Below, one piece after another: positions 54,861 through 64,000 of a stretch of 64,000 bases of DNA. A program made the translations under genes and the position numbers. The stretch covers positions 5,580,001 through 5,644,000 of the forward strand of contig OX597836.1 in the NCBI GenBank assembly GCA_951406725.2, in the 5' to 3' direction. The stretch comes from Octopus vulgaris (lineage: Eukaryota). Position 1 is the stretch's first letter; each line of letters starts with the position of its first letter. Below the pieces are notes generated by a model. The model was given only the letters and a program-made list of their open reading frames with translations, was not told the origin of the DNA and ran no database searches.

Positions 54861-55259
54861 AAACAGGTTGGGAAAAATGTTTAATACATTTAGATAGCGA
54901 AAGGGATAGAAGTCTCTGAAAAATGCTTTTAGCCATTCGATCGCATGTCTTTCAGATATTCACAGAGAAAATAGATTAAGATGATTGCAAGAAAGTACAT
55001 TCGCGTTTAGAAAACTGCACAAAATAGTGAACAAGGCCAGGGAAAATATTAATAATATTTCAATGACCCTCGTGTTTAAACAAAACGTTGACATGTCGCC
55101 TTGATGAACAAATCAATAGGACATGAGTCGTTATACATGAATGTATCGTAGCTGGTCATAACAACTAGGTCACAACTAATTACTATATTCGGAGGAGTAT
55201 CATTGTAAGCGGTTGATTGTAATAACAAATGTTACCTATGAGGTATAATAGCCGAAATG

Positions 55260-55646
55260 TGGAGGCGCAATGGCCCAGTGGTTGGGGCAGCGGACTCGCG
55301 ATCGTAGGATCGCGGTTTCGATTCTCAGACCGGACGTTGTGAGTGTTTATTGAGCGAAAACACCTATAGATCCACGAGGCTCCGGCAGGGGGGGGGGGGG
55401 CGAACCCTGCTGTACTCTTTCCCCACAACTTTCTCTCGCTCTTTCTTCCTGTTTCTGTTGTACCTGTATTTCAAAGGGTCAGCCTTGTCACACTCTCTGT
55501 GTCACGCTGAATCTCCCCCGAGAACTTTATTAAGGGTACACAGGTCTGTGGAGTGCTCAGCCACTTACACGTTAATTTCATGAGCAGGCTGTTCCGTTGA
55601 TCGGATCAACTGGAACCCTTGTCGTTGTAACCGACGGAGTGCCACG
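55260..55646 (+). mobile_element. SINE family C, full-length reference copy, 13-bp TSD
   Basis: tggaggcgcaatggcccagtggttggggcagcggactcgcg...aaccgacggagtgccac; aatagccgaaatg (55247-59) / aataaccgaaatg (55647-59). Confidence 0.93.
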
Positions 55647-55749
55647 AATAACCGAAATGAAAAATAGGTGATTGTGAAAACTTTTTTCTGTTTGGTGTGC
55701 AAATTTGTCTGGCTTTACATAGTATCAAATTTTGACAAAACGCCAGCAG

Positions 55750-57387
55750 GGCATACGTCAATTACATCGACTCCAATACGCAACTGGTACTTATTTTATC
55801 GATCACCAAAACATAATACGCTAAGTCGACTTCGGTGAAATTTGAAGTCAGGACCTAAAGACGGACTAAATACGGCCGTATTTCTGCTGGCCTGCTGAAG
55901 ATTCTGCCACCTCGTCACCTTGTCTGATATTCCTTTCGATGTGCAAAGTGGACCTCGGCAGAATTTGAACTCCGAACGTAGCGACGGGTGAAATATCGTG
56001 CAGTTAACGATCCTGCCACCTCGCTGTTAATAATAATAAGCATCCGTCGGTCTCGAAAGACCATGGGTCTGCACCTGGAGAATTTTGTGTCAGCTGCTGA
56101 TGGTTCAGCGGCTGCTGTTACACTATAGGCTCACACGGGTGTGGCATCTTGTACACAACGATAGCATTTGAAGAGGCTTGTCCGTATTTCGTCTGCCGTT
56201 ACGTTCTGAGTTCAAATTCCGCCGAGGTCGACTTTGCCTTTCATCCTTTCGGGGTCGATAAATTAAGTACCAGTTACGCACTGGGGTGGATGCAATCGAC
56301 TTAATCCGGTTATCTGTCCTCGTTTGTCCCCTTTGTGTTTAGCCCCTTGTGGGTAGTAAAGAAATAGGTATTTCGAGTTTTTACGTTCTGAGTTCAAATT
56401 CCGCCGAGGTCGATTTTGCCTTTCCCCCTTTCGAGGTCAATAATTTAATTACCGGTTGCGTACTGAGCTCGATCTAATCGACTGGCCCCGCCCGCCAAAT
56501 TTCGGGCCCTGTGCCAAGAGTAGAAAAGAATATATTAGTTCAGACATACAAATTGTTCATACTCATTCATGGGAGGTTACTCTTAAATAACACTATTGAG
56601 TTATGTCCCATAAAAATAATTCCTACCACCTGTTATTTCACTTAATGCTGCGTACCATTTGATAGTAAACCTATTCAATACATATTAACATGCAGCTTAT
56701 TGTGGTAAGCGCATGCGGCACATTTCTCTATGCTGCTGTTGTGTATTCGCCCTATCTTCTTTCTTCTCTCTCCGTTTGTGTGTGCTGGCTGAAACGTTGG
56801 GACGCCGGGCGAAATGTTTCGCGGTATTTCGTCCTGCCGTAACGTTTTGAGTTCAAATTCCGTCGAGTTCGACTTTGCATTTCATCTTTCGGTGTCGTTA
56901 AATTAAGTACCATTTGCGTATTGTTGTCGATCTAATTGACTGCCCCGCCCCTCTCCAAAAAATTTCGGGCCTTCTGCCTAGAGTAGAAAAAATATATATA
57001 TATTTATCTATACAAGCGGCGAACAGACAGAAACGTTAGAAATGTGTAGCCGTATTTTGTCTGCCATTACGTTCTAAGTTCAAATTCCGCCGAGGTCGAC
57101 TTTGCCTTTCATCCTTTCGGGGTCGATTAAATAAGTACTAGTTACGCACTGGGGTCGATGTAATCGACTTAATCTGTTTGTCCCCTCTGTGTTTAGCCCG
57201 TTGTGGGTAGTAAAGAAGTAGGTATTTCGTCTGCTGTTAAGTTCTAGTTCAAATTCCGCCGAGGTCGACTTTGCCTTTCATCCTTTCGGGGTCGATAACA
57301 GTTATGCACTGGAATCGATGAAATCGATCTAATTCCTTTGTCTATCCTTGTTTGTCCTCTCTATGTTTAACCTCCTGTGGGCAGTAA

Positions 57388-57388
<1 letters not shown>
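55750..57388. mobile_element. Dense cluster of SINE family B units
   Basis: Decayed minus copies 55750-56025; plus copies 56182-56530 (dimer), 56786-56990, 57015-57388 (dimer). Confidence 0.88.
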
Positions 57389-57443
<55 letters not shown>

Positions 57444-57609
57444 CCCATCATACAGACGATGGGGTAATATTTCTAACCCTGTACAGCTGTGAAGACAAAA
57501 GAAAGACTGGGTGTTTAAGCCTTCCATGTCGGGAGAAGTTGTATTAATATGTGTCTTACGTATGTCTCTTCTGTATTTTATACATGCATATTTGTATTCG
57601 TTTATTGTT

Positions 57610-57830
57610 TTGCTTGTTTCAATCAGTTCACTGCGGCCATACTGGGGCACCGCTTTTAGTCGAACAGATCGAGCCCAGGACTTAATCTTTGGAAGCCTAG
57701 TACTTATTTTATCGGTTTCTCCTTTTACTGAACCGCTAAGATTACGGGGACGGAAACACACCAACATAGTTTGTCAAGCGATGGTTGGATGGTGGGACAA
57801 ACACAGACACGTAAATATATACATATATTC

Positions 57831-57869
<39 letters not shown>

Positions 57870-57962
57870 CGATGGGCTTCTTTCAGTTTCCGTCTACCAA
57901 ATCCTCCCAGAAGGCTTTGGTCGGCCTAGCAAGCTACTTACAACACAGCCACTCCTGCGCCT
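57610..57962 (-). mobile_element. SINE family A with deletion in head
   Basis: Tail cttgtttcaatcagttcactgcggcc; head ends cagccactcctgcgcc; lacks the gacacttgcccaag segment. Confidence 0.85.
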
Positions 57963-58018
57963 ATATGTATGTGTGTGCATATACACACACACACATATAT
58001 ATATATACGTATATAAGC

Positions 58019-58388
58019 ATGTATGTATGTATGTATGTATGTATGTATGTATGTATGTATGTATGTATGTATGCATGTATGTATGTATGTATGCATGTAT
58101 GTATGTATGTATGTATGTATGCATGTATGTACGTATGTATGTATGTATGTATGTATGTAATATATGTATGCATGTATGTATGTATGCATGTATGTACGTA
58201 TGTATGTATGTATGTATGTATGTATGTATGCATGTATGTATGTATGTGTGTGTGTATGTATGTATGTATGTATGTATGTATGTATGTATGCATGTATGTA
58301 CGTATGTATGTATGTATGTATGCATGTATGTACGTATGTATGTATGTATGTATGTATGTATGTATGTATGTATGTATGTATGTATGTA

Positions 58389-58419
<31 letters not shown>

Positions 58420-58686
58420 ATGTATGTATGTATGTATGCATGTATGTATGTATGTATGTATGTATGTATGTATGTATGTATGTATGTATGTATGCATGCA
58501 TGTATGTATGTATGTGTGTGTGTATGTATGTATGTATGTATGTATGCATGTATGTATGTATGCATGTATGTATGTATGTATGTATGTATGTATGTATGTA
58601 TGTATGCATGCATGTATGTATGTATGTGTGTGTGTATGTATGTATGTATGTATGTATGTATGTATGTATGTATGTATGCATGCATG
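58019..58686. repeat. (GTAT)n tetranucleotide array
   Basis: About 670 bp with gcat/gtac/gtgt variants. Confidence 0.97.
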
Positions 58687-58776
58687 TTTTAACAATTTGT
58701 ATTGTCTTTATAACAGTGCATTTTTGATTTGGACAAATATACAAAGACCTAATACAGTGATGTGTGTGTATGTGTT

Positions 58777-58827
<51 letters not shown>

Positions 58828-58956
58828 AGTAATACATTTATGAATACGATTCTTAATATAAATATTTCATATGCGTGACAGATGTTTGGTGCCCCAAAAC
58901 TCCGTCTCTATACCTATCTTCTGTGTATGTTTATATATACAGGTAAGGATGTATGA

Positions 58957-59002
<46 letters not shown>

Positions 59003-59034
59003 GTATATATATATACATATCTTTATTATTCATA

Positions 59035-60011
<977 letters not shown>

Positions 60012-60051
60012 GGGTGAATAAAGAGAAAGGAATTCACAATATAATTCATTA

Positions 60052-60137
60052 TTCACAACGATCGTTTCGACCCGTCTTGCATCGATCCCTCCCGAGTAAG
60101 ATAATGTACAACTGGTTATGGTGCATCTTTCGGTGCA
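60052..60137 (-). ncRNA. Highly degenerate hammerhead-like motif
   Basis: Minus strand: cac-CGAAAGA...c-GAAA-cgatcg-TT-gtg; 3' half good, 5' core mutated. Confidence 0.3.
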
Positions 60138-60808
60138 TATGTGTGTTGTCAGGTGACTTTTCAAAATGTAACTCATCTAGTAAACCCTGTTTTTCTTAGT
60201 TCGATTATAATACATTACGTTATGTGCTTGTAGCTGATTGTGTACCGGCAAGATCATGTGACCAGCCACCAACAGACAATGAAATGTATTAAAATGCAGC
60301 TAAGCGAAAATGGGATTATTAAGAGAGGTACGCTTTGAAAGGTTACCTGATGTAGCACGCAACAAAAGCAGTTGTACATAATCTGATCTGCGAGGGAGTG
60401 ATGCATGACGTATTGAAACGATTGTAGTAAAAGAATCTCAGGAATTTCATTTTCTCTTCCTCTCATATGTTATATACTCGACAAAGGAAGGAATTTCCGA
60501 AGCAAATCTAGTTGGCCTAATATTCATGCTGTTGATGGCATCAGGGAACCAAAGTCCATGAGCGTGCGTTTAAAAGGCATATTACAAGGTGTTTATCCAT
60601 ATTTAAAAAATATATATATATAATGATTGTCGCTTTAAAATCGGAGGTTAAATATTATGATATATATTATATACAGTTATTGTACAGTTATTATACTATG
60701 AGCCTTCCATAGTAGCTTTCTCTCCGTAACTCGCAAAGTCTTTCAGGTTTGTTTATAAAAATATTATTTATATAGTTATATATCCATATATTTATATATA
60801 TATCCATA

Positions 60809-60927
<119 letters not shown>

Positions 60928-61042
60928 AAGAGAGACAGGGAAAGGCAGAAACAAGGAAAATGCCACTTATATTTGAACACTATACAAATATTCTTTTAAA
61001 AAAACATTTCTTTTAATTTTTCTAAATTTAATTATTTAATCG

Positions 61043-61086
61043 TTACAGTTGAAAAGGTCTCAAAATGACTGAAACCGGTACTGAAA
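61043..61086 (+). ncRNA. Degenerate minimal hammerhead motif
   Basis: ttacag-TTGAAAA-ggtc-tcaaaat-gact-GAAA-ccgg-TA-ctgaaa; two core substitutions versus CTGAAGA; island 60924-61135 flanked by (TA)n. Confidence 0.55.
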
Positions 61087-61135
61087 TGTTCTTTATAAAA
61101 TTATTTTAGCATTTTCTATCTTGACTTGTTTTTTC

Positions 61136-61169
<34 letters not shown>

Positions 61170-61174
61170 GTATG

Positions 61175-61239
<65 letters not shown>

Positions 61240-61241
<2 letters not shown>

Positions 61242-61389
61242 TCCAGTTTCCGTCTAGCAAATCCACTCACAAGACTTGACTTTGGTCGGCTCGAGGCTAT
61301 AATAGAAGACTTGCCGAAGGTGCAACGCAGTGGGACTGAACCTGGAACCAAGTGGTCGGGAAGCAAGCTTCTTACCACTCAGCCACGCC
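61240..61389 (-). mobile_element. SINE family A, head
   Basis: cagtttccgtctagcaaatccactcacaag...gcagtgggactgaacctggaacc. Similar decayed heads at 4320-4480, 28730-28870 and 50100-50230. Confidence 0.8.
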
Positions 61390-61759
61390 AACATTCAGCA
61401 AATTTAGATAAATGTGTGTGTGTGTGTGTGTATGTTTGTGTGTGAGTGTGCGTGCACACGTACGTGTGTGTGTATGTGTATGTGCGTGCGTGTGAGTGTG
61501 TGTGTATGTGATCTATATGTTCAACTGAAATTTGATATGCACACACACACACACACGCCTGAGCATAGAGAGAGATGAGGCCCGTATTTACTTCTCTATC
61601 ATTTGTACTTTTCAAGATTCTACAATGCACCAGAGGCACACATGTACAACATATGTGTGTGTGTGGGGGAGGTGAGAGTATCTTCCTTTCTTCTCCTCTC
61701 TCTACTCCTCTTTCTCCCCCTGCATATATGTACACCAATACATGTATATAAGTATTATG

Positions 61760-61807
<48 letters not shown>

Positions 61808-61920
61808 AATGTATATATATATATATCTACGTACATACATATATATATATAGACGTATGTCAGTATTGCGTAAATCTATACATGTCTGTGAGCATGTATG
61901 TATGCATGCATATATATATT

Positions 61921-61970
<50 letters not shown>

Positions 61971-62016
61971 AATATACATAAATGTATGTATGCATGTATG
62001 TATACATATATCTATG

Positions 62017-62068
<52 letters not shown>

Positions 62069-62075
62069 AATATAT

Positions 62076-62136
<61 letters not shown>

Positions 62137-62146
62137 TGTATAGGAA

Positions 62147-62185
<39 letters not shown>

Positions 62186-62667
62186 TGCTTATATTCCTAA
62201 CCATACATGCCAATATGCAATTACACATATATACATTACATACATTCTTCTCTGAATGCGTCTGTTTATATTTTCTCAGTCCTGCAGTCTGCATCTTCCA
62301 CAATAGAATGCACACATGCACTGCACCAGACGACAATGCACTCAAAGAACCTATTGCATCCGTTTCTTCTGCTGCAACACAATTATGCACCAATAGTCTT
62401 TTTACTGCTGCACTATCAAATGCAACATGCCAACGTTAATGTATCGCCGTTGCATTCGTCTCTTTGATCTCCATTCCGCGTTGTCATGCTCGCTGCACTC
62501 TCGGTGCAGCTGGCCTTTGTACTGCAATACATAATGCACAAGTGTAATGCTTTATCACGCCAGCATTTTTGTATTTTCTGTGCGTTTTACTAAATATTGC
62601 AAAACGCTGCACTTGCTGATGCGCGCGCGCTGGCTGCTTCTCTCATCTGTTACTCACTGGACAGCGG

Positions 62668-62999
62668 CTGATGATTATGATGATGATGATGACGACGATA
62701 ATGATGATGATGGTGATGGTGATGATGATGGTGATGATGATGATGATGGTGATGATGATGACGACGATGATGATGATGATGGTGATGGTGATGATGATGG
62801 TGATGATGATGATGGTGATGATGATGACGACGACGACGATGACGATGATGATGATGATGGTATTGATTGTCGTGATGATGATGATGATGAAGTTGATGAT
62901 GATGTTGGTGGTGGTGGTGGTGATGATGCTGATTATGATGATGATGATGGTGGTGATGATGACGACGACGACGACGATGATGATGATGATGATTGTGAC

Positions 63000-63035
<36 letters not shown>

Positions 63036-63062
63036 CATCATCATCATCATCATCATCATCAT
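62668..63062. repeat. (GAT/GGT/GAC)n array that flips to (CAT)n
   Basis: Direct reading; switch at gatc 63033-63036. Confidence 0.95.
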
Positions 63063-63319
63063 TTCATTCACTTGCCACAAGAGCAAAGGATGAGGGTGTC
63101 AATAGAAAGACAGACATAAAGTGTCGGGGTTTATCTATAATGAAATGATAAAGAAAAAATCTCAATGTACAGAGAGTTCTCTGAGGGCAAGGCTGCTTCT
63201 CCGCTCTCACAGGATCTGCCAGAACAAACCAAGATCGAGCGTTCTGAGAACTAAAAACAATGAAAAAACAACAACAACGATAATAAATAATTTTCTTCAT
63301 TAGCTAGAGGGGCCCCTTT

Positions 63320-63535
63320 CTAGTAAGGGCACAAGGCCTAAAGTTTTTGTGAGAGGGGGGGGGGGGGCTAGTCGATTTCATCGACCCCCAGCACTGAACT
63401 GGTAATTATTCCATCCATTGCGAAAGAATAAATAGCAAAGTAGACCTCGGTTGAATTTGTACTCAGTACGTAAAACCGAAATAAATGTCGCAAAGCATTT
63501 TGACCGGAGCACTGACGACTCTGCCAGCTCACGGC
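63320..63535 (-). mobile_element. SINE family B, diverged
   Basis: gtcgatttcatcgacccccagc...gcaaagtagacctcgg...ctctgccagctcac. Confidence 0.75.
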
Positions 63536-63537
63536 TT

Positions 63538-63584
<47 letters not shown>

Positions 63585-63614
63585 GTACAACTACTACTAC
63601 TGCAGCTACTACTA

Positions 63615-63646
<32 letters not shown>

Positions 63647-63797
63647 ACTACTACTACAGCTACTACTACTACTACTACTATTACTACTACTACTATTACT
63701 ACTACTACTAGTACTACTACTACTAGTACTACTACTACTACTACTACTACTACTAATACTGCTACTACTAGTACTAGTACAACTACTACTACTGCAG

Positions 63798-63834
<37 letters not shown>

Positions 63835-63849
63835 CACTACTACTACTAT

Positions 63850-63883
<34 letters not shown>

Positions 63884-64000
63884 GCTACTACTACTACTAT
63901 ATCACTACTGCTGCTGCTGCTGCAACTACTGCTACTAGTACTACTACTGCTACTACTATTACTACTGCTGCTGCTGCTGCTGCTGCAACTACTGCTACTA
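63538..64000. repeat. (CTA)n/(CTG)n trinucleotide array
   Basis: Direct reading; runs off the window end. Confidence 0.95.

Noticed and set aside
55260-55335. tRNA-like sequences at SINE heads (also 1649, 9328, 44760-44830)
   Set aside because: They continue into SINE bodies with TSDs; these are tRNA-derived heads, not tRNA genes.
57511-58843. Long ORFs of 187-393 aa (MYVCMYVC.../HTYIHTYI...)
   Set aside because: Translations of the (GTAT)n array and an adjacent SINE; stop-free only because of repeat composition.
62547-63119. 190-aa poly-Asp/poly-His ORF resembling an acidic biomineralisation or metal-binding protein
   Set aside because: Simple (GAT)n/(CAT)n repeat open in several frames on both strands; no independent coding evidence.

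Overview
Eukaryotic, AT-rich, repeat-saturated animal DNA. The SINE families and microsatellite load point to a cephalopod (Octopus-like) genome, which is an inference from recall. Almost all of the ORF track is microsatellite artefact (YI/CV/HT/LS runs). One real protein-coding region is supported: an uninterrupted 996-aa TRIM-NHL-type E3 ligase on the minus strand (37834-40824). Its RING finger is split by a ~285-aa low-complexity insert. The rest consists of three abundant tRNA-derived SINE families (called A, B, C here, with chimeras and concatemers), two mariner transposase remnants, MITE/Helentron-like ends, local duplications and microsatellites. The most striking non-coding signal is a dispersed set of short (about 100-230 bp) elements from several unrelated sequence families, mostly embedded in (TA)n tracts. 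Each carries a minimal type-I hammerhead ribozyme motif with a palindromic stem III, as described for Penelope-like retroelements. One copy (53542-53624) has a completely intact catalytic core and stems. All alignments and folds were done by eye; no database search was run.
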